From a virus, in IMG/VR virus record IMGVR_UViG_3300023199_000021, positions 1 to 64,000 of that record: DNA of 64,000 bases; one strand, written 5' to 3'. Both the position numbers and the translations under genes were made by a program. Shown one piece after another: positions 7,411 through 18,151 of the stretch. Under the pieces are notes generated by a model that was given only the letters and a program-made list of their open reading frames with translations, did not search any database and was not told the DNA's origin. Each line of letters starts with the position of its first letter. The stretch's first letter is position 1.

Positions 7411-7761
7411 CTACTGTTTGTAAGCTTTGATTGATTTGATTTTTCCAAAGTCGTCTATCTCGATAATGTCAACGACATTTATCACTGTGCTGTCCTCTGG
7501 AACTAATGAGTTAATTACTATTACAAACTCTACAGCTATGTACTTATCTCTGTAGGCTGTATTCTGAATATGTACGCTAATCAATCCAGTACTATTAAAC
7601 AATGCCTTATTAACACTGAGTACTTCTTCTTTTCCTTTGACATTTACCGCCCAGTCATGCAGCGTAACGCCATCAGCGTACATTCCATCTAGTGCTTCGA
7701 TATCTTTTGCAGCAAAAGCACCCAGATAATTCTTTACAAATTGTACCCAAATCATGAGCAA
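7411..7761 (-). CDS. NTF2/SnoaL-like protein
   Basis: YLGAFAAKDIEALDGMYADGVTLHDW...VVDIIEIDDFGKIKSIKAY. Confidence 0.85.
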   Translation of the reverse strand: MLMIWVQFVKNYLGAFAAKDIEALDGMYADGVTLHDWAVNVKGKEEVLSVNKALFNSTGLISVHIQNTAYRDKYIAVEFVIVINSLVPEDSTVINVVDIIEIDDFGKIKSIKAYKQ

Positions 7762-8423
7762 CGGCCTCCGATTGATCCTACGCCACGAGTCTCTACGTCA
7801 ATATTATACTCGGAAAGTAGCTTTTTTAGGTACTGATTGTTGTGTTTTATGTAGTTTTCGTGCCACTGACCAAGCGGAGTGAAAACTTCTGATAAAGTAT
7901 GGAAGACGCCAGATCGCCAGTAAGACAATCTCCCGTCCGGTTGATCCTTGGGATTGAAATAGTACGCACCTGTGTACCCTGTGGTTTCTAACGAAAGCCA
8001 ATAGAGCATGTTGGCGGTCTTTACCCTAGATACTATTCCTTTCAGGGCCTCAGTCTTGAAGATATGAGGAACCAAAAAAAATAGATTGCTCGTACTTTCC
8101 CACAGGTTCAGTTCTTTGTCGAACTCTTTTGCTTTGTGAATACCTATTCTACGTAGCACGATATAGTCAAGCTCATGCTTCCTTGCTACTTCAACCAGTT
8201 TATTGAGTGCTTTAACATCGGGCTGTTCTACTAGCATGTTATTGATAGGTACAAATAAAACATACTCGTCCTCGATATCTGCCAAAGCATCCACCAAAGT
8301 TTCCTGATTGTTCTCTGCGTCTACCTTTATCACAGAATAGTCAGAGCAAAGCTTCTCCGCTTGCCCTACGATGATCTTGTTCAGATCAGTTTCTTGTTTT
8401 ACTGTACAGAATATTGTTTTCAT
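7752..8423 (-). CDS. Glycosyltransferase-like hypothetical protein
   Basis: Position in the glycan cluster; weak GT-A-like pattern. Confidence 0.4.
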   Translation of the reverse strand: MKTIFCTVKQETDLNKIIVGQAEKLCSDYSVIKVDAENNQETLVDALADIEDEYVLFVPINNMLVEQPDVKALNKLVEVARKHELDYIVLRRIGIHKAKEFDKELNLWESTSNLFFLVPHIFKTEALKGIVSRVKTANMLYWLSLETTGYTGAYYFNPKDQPDGRLSYWRSGVFHTLSEVFTPLGQWHENYIKHNNQYLKKLLSEYNIDVETRGVGSIGGRCS

Positions 8424-9322
8424 TTGCCTACCTTCTTAAAGAATTCTTTCAAAATGTAATCGCCATGTATGCCAAAACTAAGCTTGCCTTCCAGTACTTC
8501 TTTTGGAGATAAATGATTTGCTATATATCTGTCTCCCGACTTAGTATACCTAGTCGCCAATGGTTGTTTAACTAACCCTGTAACCAAAGCTTCTAACGAA
8601 AAATTAGAGGCGAGGTCTGGTGGAGCATACTTGATTCCTCTTAATTCAAAGAACGGTCTTTGTGCAAAGGAAAAATACCAATCGTCAAAGTTAGGTTTAG
8701 TAGTGAAGTGGTTTCCATGCCAAGGACAAAGGTGGATTGGGAAGTTGGTACTGGCACAAAGTTCCATCATCCTTTTGCTTCTAATACAGAACCCACTGTT
8801 GCCTACAACCCAATGGTCAGGGATTTCGTCTGTGTCTATCTCTATCTTTTCCTGTTTGGCATAGTAACCTCTGATATGATCTTTGAATAGCTCCTTTGGC
8901 CAAGGGGCACCAATGAAATCATAGTCCAAAAATCTATCGTCCCATTTCTCAAAGTTTAAAGGCCAACCGTCTCCCTGACAAGTCATTATAAAGTCATGTT
9001 TACATAGTTCATGCAACTTAAACATTGCAAAATTCTGATAGTCATTAAAGGTCAGCGGAGTAATAGAAAGGTACTCGATGTTTTCATGACGGTATTCGTC
9101 TACAATTGGAGTAGCAGTCAGAAACTTAACGCTTTTGAATTGAGGTATGTCCAATAACCTAGACAGGTTCTTGCCCAATGCATACATAAAGCTATTGAAG
9201 CCTTCTACATATTCACTATCTCTAGTTTTTCCGTCAATTAAAATACAGTCTATCATACTGGTTGCCTTACTGTATACAGGTCTGTGTGGAACAAGCCAGA
9301 TTTTGTCTCGCTCATTAAACAA
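8420..9322 (-). CDS. DUF5672-family putative glycosyltransferase
   Basis: QGDG...WDDRFLDYDFIGAPW...VGNSGFCIRS motifs. Confidence 0.8.
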   Translation of the reverse strand: MFNERDKIWLVPHRPVYSKATSMIDCILIDGKTRDSEYVEGFNSFMYALGKNLSRLLDIPQFKSVKFLTATPIVDEYRHENIEYLSITPLTFNDYQNFAMFKLHELCKHDFIMTCQGDGWPLNFEKWDDRFLDYDFIGAPWPKELFKDHIRGYYAKQEKIEIDTDEIPDHWVVGNSGFCIRSKRMMELCASTNFPIHLCPWHGNHFTTKPNFDDWYFSFAQRPFFELRGIKYAPPDLASNFSLEALVTGLVKQPLATRYTKSGDRYIANHLSPKEVLEGKLSFGIHGDYILKEFFKKVGK

Positions 9323-9978
9323 ATACTAAACGCCTTTCGTATTAGTTTTATTTGTTGTGAAACCAAGTGCCACAGCAGAATAGGTTCGGGATGGAAGTGA
9401 CAGCCTTGCGACAGATAGCTTTCTAGATTGCCCAATATTCCGTTGAAATATTTTTCCATACCCTTTTCTGTTCCTATAGCAAACACGTCTCCGACCCCGC
9501 CTCTCCAATCTCCATGCTGAGGAATGAAGATAGAATTATCGTCAACTAAAATCTTAAGTTTTTCTATAATAGGAACACCTAAGATTATTTTATCGCGATA
9601 CCTAACAACTATGTCGTAGTCTTTATCTTTTTGTTCCTGAAAAACTCTCCAGCACCTTTGTATTTTGTAGTACATTGAAACGATGTTGATCGGTTTAGAT
9701 TCTACCCATCTGTTATAGTCTACCCTTGAGTTAATTTCTTGAAGCTTTTTCTCAGAAAAGAATTTAACCTCATGTTTCGATTGGATATCTATCGCCTTTG
9801 GTTTGTATAGCTCCGAGAATTTATCTACTGGTGCTGTATCGTATGTACTTACGTAAAGATCAACTTCTAAATCTGGACCGCCACCACATTGTCCAAGAAC
9901 TGTTGAACAATAATTGGAATATGTATGATTAAATAATCTAATATCCCCCGGCCATAGTACTGCAACTTTAAAGGACAT
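9253..9978 (-). CDS. Putative glycosyltransferase
   Basis: KVAV..GDIR N-terminus, SMYYKI, YDIVVRYR, D.FAIG, PE..L motifs. Confidence 0.65.
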   Translation of the reverse strand: MSFKVAVLWPGDIRLFNHTYSNYCSTVLGQCGGGPDLEVDLYVSTYDTAPVDKFSELYKPKAIDIQSKHEVKFFSEKKLQEINSRVDYNRWVESKPINIVSMYYKIQRCWRVFQEQKDKDYDIVVRYRDKIILGVPIIEKLKILVDDNSIFIPQHGDWRGGVGDVFAIGTEKGMEKYFNGILGNLESYLSQGCHFHPEPILLWHLVSQQIKLIRKAFSICLMSETKSGLFHTDLYTVRQPV

Positions 9979-10720
9979 AGTAAGACTGCTTCTTCAATTT
10001 GCCGTGATACATTTCTGTTACAATCCCCGGCATTGTCTTTTCGTATATGTGTTTGATGGTTGTATCTGTCGCTTCGCTCAAGAACAAAAACCTGTAGTTT
10101 TTCTTGGCCTCACGAACCTTTTCTTCGTCCAGTATTGTTTGTATCTGTCGTTTTGTAAACCTAACCCCTATCTTGTCGAGAATATACAAGACATTGAAAT
10201 AAAGGTTTTCGTACTTGAGTAGTGTAACAGATTGAACCTCGGAGTAATGTTTGGAGAAACCATCGAAGTAGCTTTTGATAGACCAGCCATCACCTAGAAC
10301 ATCATTGCCGTTCACGGTAATAAACCCATTCACGTCTACTCTAGGTAAATCTCTTTCTTGAAGATAGAAAGAACTTTCGCTATAAAAAGACGCCATCCAA
10401 TACAGGGGAAACCTAACAAAAGCGAAAATATGCTTACCTTTTAATAGCTCTGGCTTGATATGTTGTAGTCCCACATGCTTACGAAAGAAATTAGGATTGT
10501 CCTCTTTGGAGGCCAGCCATTTTATTCCTTCTTCATTCAAGATATGGTTGTATTCCAAGGAGGTCGGCAAAGGTATCTGGTAGTCATTGTTCGTAGGCAG
10601 AACGTCTCCAAACGATATTTGCCTGTCTTTATACGTATCAAATGCATTAAGAACTTGAGCAACAAAGCACCCTGCGGTCTTTGGAATGTGTACAAAAATA
10701 AAGTCGTTGCCTATGATCAT
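9968..10720 (-). CDS. Sulfotransferase family 2 protein
   Basis: FIFVHIPKTAG PAPS-binding motif, FAFVR.P, KYENL. Confidence 0.85.
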   Translation of the reverse strand: MIIGNDFIFVHIPKTAGCFVAQVLNAFDTYKDRQISFGDVLPTNNDYQIPLPTSLEYNHILNEEGIKWLASKEDNPNFFRKHVGLQHIKPELLKGKHIFAFVRFPLYWMASFYSESSFYLQERDLPRVDVNGFITVNGNDVLGDGWSIKSYFDGFSKHYSEVQSVTLLKYENLYFNVLYILDKIGVRFTKRQIQTILDEEKVREAKKNYRFLFLSEATDTTIKHIYEKTMPGIVTEMYHGKLKKQSYYVL

Positions 10721-11424
10721 TTTTTAGCCTTGATTAAACACCTTTGTTCAAAAGCAGAGTCAATACCGGCATCAAATATCTTAATATTTACGTTGTTATA
10801 ACCAGCTTCATTTAAATCCGTCTTGATTGGTTCTTCAAGAAATTCAACGTAGGAGTAGTTTGTTCTGGCCCATGAAGGGGTCGTATCGCTTTCATAGCTA
10901 ACACCTAGAGATTGCCATGCCTCTTTTACCTTGCCATAGCCTCCAAAGATAATCAATTCTCCGCCGTCTTTTAATTTACTATACAAATCTTTGAGATAAT
11001 AGAGCCTCAATGAATGCAATGCTATGTGGTGAAACACAAATTTAGAGTACACTACATCATAACGGTCGTTTGGTATCTCTTTTAAGTTCCAAGTAAATAA
11101 ATAACCAGAACAGTTATACACATATCTGTTCTCAAGGTTTTGCTGGAAAAGTCTAAGCATCTTCGAAGAGATATCTGCTCCGTCAATCTGTTTAAACTGT
11201 TTGTGCCAAGCGATAATATCTCTGCCTATGCCACAACCAAAGTCAAGACATACCTTCTCTGGATCAGGCTGCAAACCAATAGCGGCTAGATTTCTTAGGG
11301 GGGCTTCTGCCGGTCCACCCAATATACAATTGTCTTGCTTAAGTATTTCGTCAAGCTCGCTAGGCAGATCTGATTCAATAAACTGTTTCACATAACCGAC
11401 ATAATTTTTATGGTCAAGATTCAT
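10717..11424 (-). CDS. Class I SAM-dependent methyltransferase
   Basis: LDFGCGIG, GADISSKML, YDVVYS.FVFHH. Confidence 0.9.
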   Translation of the reverse strand: MNLDHKNYVGYVKQFIESDLPSELDEILKQDNCILGGPAEAPLRNLAAIGLQPDPEKVCLDFGCGIGRDIIAWHKQFKQIDGADISSKMLRLFQQNLENRYVYNCSGYLFTWNLKEIPNDRYDVVYSKFVFHHIALHSLRLYYLKDLYSKLKDGGELIIFGGYGKVKEAWQSLGVSYESDTTPSWARTNYSYVEFLEEPIKTDLNEAGYNNVNIKIFDAGIDSAFEQRCLIKAKK

Positions 11425-12787
11425 AGTTATTCAAGAACCTTTCTAGGTCTTCCGGCGTACCCAATCCCCACATATCTTTGCGGGCTATGTTGAAAATCTT
11501 TATCTTTTTACCGTCTTCAATAGCCTCTTGGAATACAGGACACACATAGAACTCACCATTAAATCTGTTATCATTAGCAATCATTTGTTCTGCGTATTTC
11601 ACATAGTCAGAACCCTTAGCCCAATAATATATGCCAACAGTAGCTATATCGCTAATAGGTTCTTTCTCAGCTACTTCACAAACAAAACTATCTTCGCCAA
11701 GACGAACGTAGCTCCATTTCGGGTGGTGAGATTTAAATGTAAGGATACCTGCGTCGATATTGTCTCCCTGCATTGAATACATAAACTCGTTTGAATCCCA
11801 GTTAACATACTGGTCTGAGTTAGCTATCAACAATGGGTTATCGTTGTCGATCAGTTCTTTGGCAAGTAAAGTAGTGCAAGCAGCACCTTCTGTCACACCA
11901 TCGACCTGAATTATTTGACAGTTTTTCACGAGCGAACGCAATAGTGTTTCCAAATGATACTTTTTATAGTGTGACTTTTGAACAATGAAGATATGTCTTG
12001 CTTCGATGTTCAGGTTGTCTACCACTGTTTGAATCATTGTCTTTCCATTAACATCAATGAGAGGTTTAGGAAAGGAGTATCCGGCTTGCTCAAATCGTGA
12101 CCCTGCCCCCGCCATTGGGATTAGGACGTTCATTCTTTTACTCTGCCACTTGTGTTGTTTTTCTGTTTTGTTTATTGTGAAGATTGTTTTTAGCATATCT
12201 ATCCTGCTAACCTCAGAAGGGCTATTAACAGGATGCAAATGGGCACCAGAGTCAAGTGCTGCCTTACGACCAATGTACGAATCTTCAACGATCAAGGTCT
12301 GCTTAGGCGAGACTCCCGCTTTAATTATACTGCGGAGAAACATTTCTGGATTCGGTTTTGGGTTTTTTACGTCCTCGTTTGAAAAAATTTCATCTACATA
12401 CTCAATGAATCCTTTTCGCAGCAACATCATCTTTACGGTATTCTTGATCGAATTAGACGCTACATGTATACTGTATCCGTCTTGCTTGAACATTCTTAAT
12501 GAAGAACGTATTCTTTCATCGTACTCCATTTCGTTGATCAACTCGACCGTCTTTTGTTGTTTCGCCGCCCATATCTGACGATGTAGTTTCTCTGGCAAAC
12601 CCTTTTGTTCGGTCAGCGTGGCGAGTTTCTTTACCGTAGGAAGCCCATCGTAGCTCGACAGGTGTTCCTCTCGGCTGATTTTATATTCCTCCCCCACTTC
12701 GGCAAGGGCCAAGTTTAAAGCCTCGTAGTGAATTTCCTTGGCGTCTACCAGAACACCGTCTAGATCAAAGATCAGGTGTCTAATCAT
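11414..12787 (-). CDS. HAD phosphatase fused to a nucleotidyltransferase
   Basis: FDLDGVLVD and KPNPE HAD motifs; IPMAGAGSRF...PKPLI NTP-transferase motif. Confidence 0.92.
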   Translation of the reverse strand: MIRHLIFDLDGVLVDAKEIHYEALNLALAEVGEEYKISREEHLSSYDGLPTVKKLATLTEQKGLPEKLHRQIWAAKQQKTVELINEMEYDERIRSSLRMFKQDGYSIHVASNSIKNTVKMMLLRKGFIEYVDEIFSNEDVKNPKPNPEMFLRSIIKAGVSPKQTLIVEDSYIGRKAALDSGAHLHPVNSPSEVSRIDMLKTIFTINKTEKQHKWQSKRMNVLIPMAGAGSRFEQAGYSFPKPLIDVNGKTMIQTVVDNLNIEARHIFIVQKSHYKKYHLETLLRSLVKNCQIIQVDGVTEGAACTTLLAKELIDNDNPLLIANSDQYVNWDSNEFMYSMQGDNIDAGILTFKSHHPKWSYVRLGEDSFVCEVAEKEPISDIATVGIYYWAKGSDYVKYAEQMIANDNRFNGEFYVCPVFQEAIEDGKKIKIFNIARKDMWGLGTPEDLERFLNNYES

Positions 12788-12788
12788 G

Positions 12789-13535
12789 TTATCCCCACAT
12801 ACATGGCGTCATCGACTTATGTTTTGAGAAATAGCCTCTCTTAAATCCTTCTGTCTTTAAGAAGGGGTTGAGTGTAGAACCTATGTCTAGGTAAGTATTC
12901 TTGTCGTTATGTTCAGTGAATCTATGACACAGTATATTGCCGAAAGGACCACAACAGAAAAGGAAAAGCCATCCTTCCATCTGATCTTCATCAATGATCT
13001 TTATCATACGCTCAAGTTTATGATGGCTGGCTATCCAAGCATTGTTTGTTACTGTACAAAAAATCTTAGGCTCAAAAGGCAGTCTACTAACAACTGAGTT
13101 TTCATGAGCGACTAATGCTACATTGTAATCGTTAAACAAAGGAACGATATTGTCAAGATAGTATTGGTAGTTAGAGTTTACCCATAAGTTAGCCCAAGTC
13201 AATCGCTCGTCTGGTTGTCCACTGAACACCTTCATTTCTAGGTGGGTCAATTCGCCCTGACAACACGGACAAGAAATACCTACATGGTAATGAGGATTCT
13301 TATATTGAAAAGATTCAATAAGCCTATCTCTTGCGTCTGAAAACTCTTTCCCTTCCTTAAACCAAAACTCTCGATTGTTAAGGTCTTTGTCCATCATCAC
13401 CGCCCACTCTCCATCTGCAAACTTAGAGAAAGAGAACGGCTCTTTGTTTCGTAGTTTTTCTTCAAACACTTTAATGTCTTGATCAAAGTGCTTATTCGGT
13501 GGTAGTCCCAGATTCATTTGTCTTCCTACAAACAA
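12789..13535 (-). CDS. GT-D-fold-like glycosyltransferase
   Basis: FSFSKFADGE and LDIGS motifs. Confidence 0.7.
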   Translation of the reverse strand: MFVGRQMNLGLPPNKHFDQDIKVFEEKLRNKEPFSFSKFADGEWAVMMDKDLNNREFWFKEGKEFSDARDRLIESFQYKNPHYHVGISCPCCQGELTHLEMKVFSGQPDERLTWANLWVNSNYQYYLDNIVPLFNDYNVALVAHENSVVSRLPFEPKIFCTVTNNAWIASHHKLERMIKIIDEDQMEGWLFLFCCGPFGNILCHRFTEHNDKNTYLDIGSTLNPFLKTEGFKRGYFSKHKSMTPCMWG

Positions 13536-14211
13536 CTATATAGTTCCCGTTGCTCCAATGGCTTCGCTCTTGAACAAACGGTTTCGGGTTAATTACTTTG
13601 GCTCCATCGGAAGTTCTTATCTCCATTGAATACAACTTCTCAACAGCAAGTTCGTCGAATGCTTTTAGTGTTCCGTCTCTGGGGCGAGGATCATTCCAGT
13701 CGTCAACAATAAGAATGAATTCGTCGTCAAGTGCAGGTAACACAAATTTTAAAGCATCGTACTGGTCTTGGCCCCTGTGAGGTCCGTCAAACAAATAGAC
13801 ATTGAACTTGCCAATATTATTATAGTCTATCTTTCTGAAATCATCTTCCAGAAAATCTATTTTGTTCTTTTCGTCAGGTTTGCTCTTACGTTTCCGAACT
13901 GGCTAAAATTGTCTATGCAGATAAGCGGTAACTGGATTCTTGTATGTTGTAGGACAAACCGTAGACCCTCTCTAAGAACCAATTTCTAAATATCTAGGGT
14001 CAGGAATTAAAGACACAAGATTGTTGACGAAATGCCTGTACCTTTTACCAGACATTCCTCTCATATTCAATATCCAATCCGGCAGATTAGACCTATCTTC
14101 AATAGCATCGGCATACGCTTTCTTAATCAGTTTAGCGTATTCGTTGTCATGATCCCCTTGTATTTCCACATAAGGATCAAATGGTAATGCGTCTTTAAGT
14201 TCGTTCGCCAT
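13492..14211 (-). pseudogene. SAM methyltransferase split by a frameshift or deletion
   Basis: GMSG...YLEIGS in one frame, FDGPH...IVDDWN in another. Confidence 0.75.
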
Positions 14212-14790
14212 TATTCACTTTCTCATATACAAAAAACTTAGCACCGCTTCTCGGCATGCATTCTTTTTGTTGATAAACAAGATTGATACCGGCGTCATAC
14301 TTTGATTCTAGATACTGTCGCCATTCAGAATTGTATAGGTGTGCCCCTCTCCCAAAGTTTTCAGGAGGATTGCAACTATCTTGAGCGTAGATAACAATGA
14401 GTTTATCTGCCTTCTCAAACAGCTTGTCTACTGTGGCTCGCATATAGTCTTGTTCTTCACCTAAAATATGGTACAAGACATCAATACACATGGTCATATC
14501 GCATGAGGGACCATCATATTCGTCAAACCTACTGTTAATTATAATACTAAACCTTTATATTTATATTCGGCATCGAAAATGTCAATACCAGTGTAGTCTG
14601 CTTTGACTTGCTTAGCAAGAGACAGGTCGCCGTGTCCAAAGTCCAGAACGGTTTTGATATCGTACTTATCAACGTACTCATTAACCAATTCTACTTTGAA
14701 TTTTAGCAGATCGCCAACGCTTCCAAAACCACTGGTGCCGTGGAGCGACTTTGTATTATATCTCTTTCTCCAATAATCTATTGATCTCAT
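14195..14790 (-). pseudogene. SAM methyltransferase, frameshifted
   Basis: YW..RY...SG.GS, VLDFGHGD, then DVLYH in another frame. Confidence 0.75.
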
Positions 14791-15374
14791 TCTTTTGTCT
14801 TCCTTATACAAAGTACTCCGCAGTTCAAGCGTGTGTATCTCGGATTAGGTAAGTCCGAGTTGCCACCATTCAACCTTGGAAGTTCATCAGATATTTTTCT
14901 GTTAAATTCATTCTCAAAGGCCGTTAGGTTCAGACCGGGATAATCAAATGTAATGATTAGTAGCCCGCCTTCTTTTACCTGTTGGTAAAGATTGTCCAAA
15001 ATTCTAATGTGCGGAAAGTTTCTAACTTCTTCAACAGTAGAAACATTCAAAACTATATCGTACCTTTCCTGCAATCCACCTTGTCTTCTGGTGATATCGT
15101 AGTAAAAAGTATTGGGCTGTTCCGACCTTCTAATGTCTGAACTTTCCACCGCCTCCATAGAGAACTTGTTCTCAATGCATTCTTTGAAGATAACATGTAC
15201 GCCCTCAAAGCCCCACGATGTATTGTGAATCAGTGGTTTTTCTACGTCGGAGTACTTGTCTATCAAGTCCAGCACCATTGGGTACTCGTATAGTCTAGAC
15301 CAAGCACCTTTGAACCTAAACATATCGTCGTGCCGATCCTCTGTTGATATGAATCTGAATTCTAGAATTTCCAT
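14787..15374 (-). CDS. Methyltransferase-fold protein
   Basis: WSRLYEY, VSTVEEV, VKEGGLLIITFD. Confidence 0.7.
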   Translation of the reverse strand: MEILEFRFISTEDRHDDMFRFKGAWSRLYEYPMVLDLIDKYSDVEKPLIHNTSWGFEGVHVIFKECIENKFSMEAVESSDIRRSEQPNTFYYDITRRQGGLQERYDIVLNVSTVEEVRNFPHIRILDNLYQQVKEGGLLIITFDYPGLNLTAFENEFNRKISDELPRLNGGNSDLPNPRYTRLNCGVLCIRKTKE

Positions 15375-16018
15375 TAAGCTACCTCGAATGTTTTTATTGC
15401 ATTTTTATACAAAGCAAAGTCTTTCTCGTAGTACTTTTCTACGATCCTTTTGTCTTTTCTGTTTAGGTGTTTCTTCTTGTGTTCCGACTTGTTTTTCTTA
15501 GAAGGAAACTTGTCTGCCTCATGAGAAAGAGTGTGTATGAAGGATGACAGTTCTTCTAATGGAACAAGAGTTACCTTGCGGGGAGGAATGAAGAAGTTGA
15601 TTGAATCGAACGACGACTCCAAATGACTCACTACCCAATACTTTTGATACCACATGTTTCCACGTTCTTTATGATCAAGCGTCACGCATACGTTTCGGAT
15701 AGTATCGAATTCTTCTCTTAGTTCAAAGCCTCGCTTCAAAAACTTTCTGAAAGAAAATCCTTTGTCAAATATATCCGCACACCTAGCATTACCTAGTGGG
15801 TTATGAACCAACCACTTATAGGCAGACAAAGCCTTATCGTAAGGGTCGCGGATCACACTAAACACTTTGGGGTTACGTTTGTATTCTTTCTGGAACAATA
15901 CGTATTGTGCATTGTGAACGCATGGAGTCACAATTAAAACGTCTTCCTTAAGTTTTGTAGACTGTAAGAAAGACTGCGTTGATTCTCCTACACTCTTGGT
16001 TATCCTGATCCAGATCAT
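15374..16018 (-). CDS. Sulfotransferase family 2 protein
   Basis: RITKSVGES, FSVIRDPYDKALSAY, YYEKDF motifs. Confidence 0.8.
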   Translation of the reverse strand: MIWIRITKSVGESTQSFLQSTKLKEDVLIVTPCVHNAQYVLFQKEYKRNPKVFSVIRDPYDKALSAYKWLVHNPLGNARCADIFDKGFSFRKFLKRGFELREEFDTIRNVCVTLDHKERGNMWYQKYWVVSHLESSFDSINFFIPPRKVTLVPLEELSSFIHTLSHEADKFPSKKNKSEHKKKHLNRKDKRIVEKYYEKDFALYKNAIKTFEVA

Positions 16019-17037
16019 TTTACTTCTCGTTCGAGTATCTTGCGTATTTTAGCCGCAGAGTTACCGTCTCCATATGGACAAGGTTGGTCTACAATAAACT
16101 TGTTGTCCTGCTCAAGCAAGGCTACACGTTCTTCTAAGTTTTCTGGTTGTTGACACATGTATGCGAACACACCGATACCTTCGATTCTTTCTGTTGCCTT
16201 ACGACATACTATTGCTTTCTTCTTTAGGAACGAAGATTCTTCTTGAATGCCACCGCTATCGGTGATAACATACTTACACTTTCGCAACAGATCAATACAC
16301 TGTTTGTGTTCTACTGCGTCAATCACTTCCACATGTTCGAGTAGGTGTTTGTTCTCTTGTAGCTTAGGATTCGGATGCATAGGAAAGATGAACTTGTGAT
16401 GGGTTCTTGCCTTTGCTACCTTATCTATCTCTTTGAACCATTCTTGTATTTGATCTAGATTTTCTCGACGATGCATGGTAACTAGAACAAAGTCCCAAGT
16501 CTCAATAGGTTTAATATCAACCAAAGCGTCAAGCACAGTGTTGCCTACAACATATACGTTCTCTGCTCCTTCGCCTCTACATTTGTAGATATTGTACAGG
16601 GCACCCACTGTAGGACACAGATGAATGCTGGCGAGAGCAGTAATTGCGGCACGATTAAATTCTTCTGGATAAGGGTCGTTATCCCACGTTCTAAGTCCAG
16701 CCTCTAGGTGAATCACCGGAGCTTGTCGATGAAAAGCAGCAAGAGCAACAGCAAAAGCGGTTGTGGTATCCCCCTGCACTATAACATGACTCGCTCCGTA
16801 CATGTTACTTGGGATTTGTTGAAGTATAGAGGAAATAATAGAGTCCAATCGCATATCGCATTGATCCTCAATCTTCAAGTCAATAGTGTCGTACTGCTGA
16901 GCCTCTTTGTCTATAAGACTAGTGTGTTGCCCGGTGAATAGAATCTTGTACGGCATCACGCCTTCGATAGCGTCGATAACCGGTTTGATTTTAATCCACT
17001 CTGGCCTTGTTCCATATGCAATCAATAACATTACCAA
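16015..17037 (-). CDS. wecB: UDP-N-acetylglucosamine 2-epimerase
   Basis: GTRPEWIK, TGQH, VQGDT, HLEAGLR, PEEFNR, DSGGIQEE. Confidence 0.95.
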   Translation of the reverse strand: MVMLLIAYGTRPEWIKIKPVIDAIEGVMPYKILFTGQHTSLIDKEAQQYDTIDLKIEDQCDMRLDSIISSILQQIPSNMYGASHVIVQGDTTTAFAVALAAFHRQAPVIHLEAGLRTWDNDPYPEEFNRAAITALASIHLCPTVGALYNIYKCRGEGAENVYVVGNTVLDALVDIKPIETWDFVLVTMHRRENLDQIQEWFKEIDKVAKARTHHKFIFPMHPNPKLQENKHLLEHVEVIDAVEHKQCIDLLRKCKYVITDSGGIQEESSFLKKKAIVCRKATERIEGIGVFAYMCQQPENLEERVALLEQDNKFIVDQPCPYGDGNSAAKIRKILEREVK

Positions 17038-17735
17038 TCCACCTTTATAAGCATTGTTTTGCTTCTAATTTCTTTGCTGGTTATTTCGTAGTCTTTACGT
17101 TTGTTGTGAATGTTGTTGTCAACAACCTCTTTATTTTCCTTGAGGTTGTGAAGTATTTCATTGTTAACTTCGTAGCTTCCTCCCTTGATACCATACGTCC
17201 TATTACCACAGTCTCCGTCTTCATCAAGACAAACTGCGGGTATATCACCAAAGTATATTTGGTTGTAAGGAATATGTTCAATGGCTTTCGCCGTTAGAAG
17301 ATGGTCCTCGCACCCCCAACCTTGCATCCGGTTTGTCATCCCACCTATCTTTTCAAACGCCTGAGTGCTTGATGTAAAGAAGATGTATCCAATACCTTTG
17401 TTCTGCATGAAGTTCTCTGCTTGTTTTGCCATTACATTAGGAGTATAGATCGTAAAGAATCTAATTTCTCCACGACGACATAGCAGTTGCCCAAAATGTC
17501 TGGGGCCAAATGCTATTATAGTATCGACCGGCAGATAACAAAATGTATCATCGGGACCACATTGTAACAGGTCAAATCCTATATTTATTGATTTACCTAA
17601 GTTGTATTGCCTATCGTTATCTTGCTGAACAATTATTAGTTCATGCTCGGTCTTTCTAAGCATATACTCATAAACAGGCAGTACCTTGTTTAGATAAACT
17701 TCTCTGTCTCTTTGTGGTATTACTAACTTAAGCAT
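17031..17735 (-). CDS. GT7-like galactosyltransferase
   Basis: IP.RDR, VQQD...N.G..INIG, GG......WGCED. Confidence 0.8.
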   Translation of the reverse strand: MLKLVIPQRDREVYLNKVLPVYEYMLRKTEHELIIVQQDNDRQYNLGKSINIGFDLLQCGPDDTFCYLPVDTIIAFGPRHFGQLLCRRGEIRFFTIYTPNVMAKQAENFMQNKGIGYIFFTSSTQAFEKIGGMTNRMQGWGCEDHLLTAKAIEHIPYNQIYFGDIPAVCLDEDGDCGNRTYGIKGGSYEVNNEILHNLKENKEVVDNNIHNKRKDYEITSKEIRSKTMLIKVDW

Positions 17736-18151
17736 TTTATTCTTAGTTTAATTTCTGTTGTACAAGTCCCGTTTCCATAAGGCAAGTAAACGAGTACTAT
17801 TCCTTTATCATTCAACCACTCTTGAGTAAAGCCCATTTGTGAGTAGTAGTCTCTGGTCGCCCAGTCTGAGCCTACAGCAATGATCTGCGGCTGAACCTTT
17901 TCAATAGCAATCTTGCTATCGGCCCCGCCCTCATTGCACACTACTTCATCAACATACCTACAACCCAAGAGTACCCTTTTTCTTTCTTCGTAAGGTATAA
18001 CCGGAGCTACACCTTTGTATGCCTCAATGAATTCGTCAGTGTTCAGGCTTACAATAACTTTATCGGCCAATGCCTTACAAAACTTTAAAAAATCGACGTG
18101 TGAAGCATGGAACAAATCAAAAGTCCCGCCTGTATAAAGCCTTTTCATCAC
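17723..18151 (-). CDS. Cytidylyltransferase (TagD-like)
   Basis: GGTFDLFHASH HxGH-like motif, YEER, VGSDW. Confidence 0.9.
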   Translation of the reverse strand: MMKRLYTGGTFDLFHASHVDFLKFCKALADKVIVSLNTDEFIEAYKGVAPVIPYEERKRVLLGCRYVDEVVCNEGGADSKIAIEKVQPQIIAVGSDWATRDYYSQMGFTQEWLNDKGIVLVYLPYGNGTCTTEIKLRIKCLS

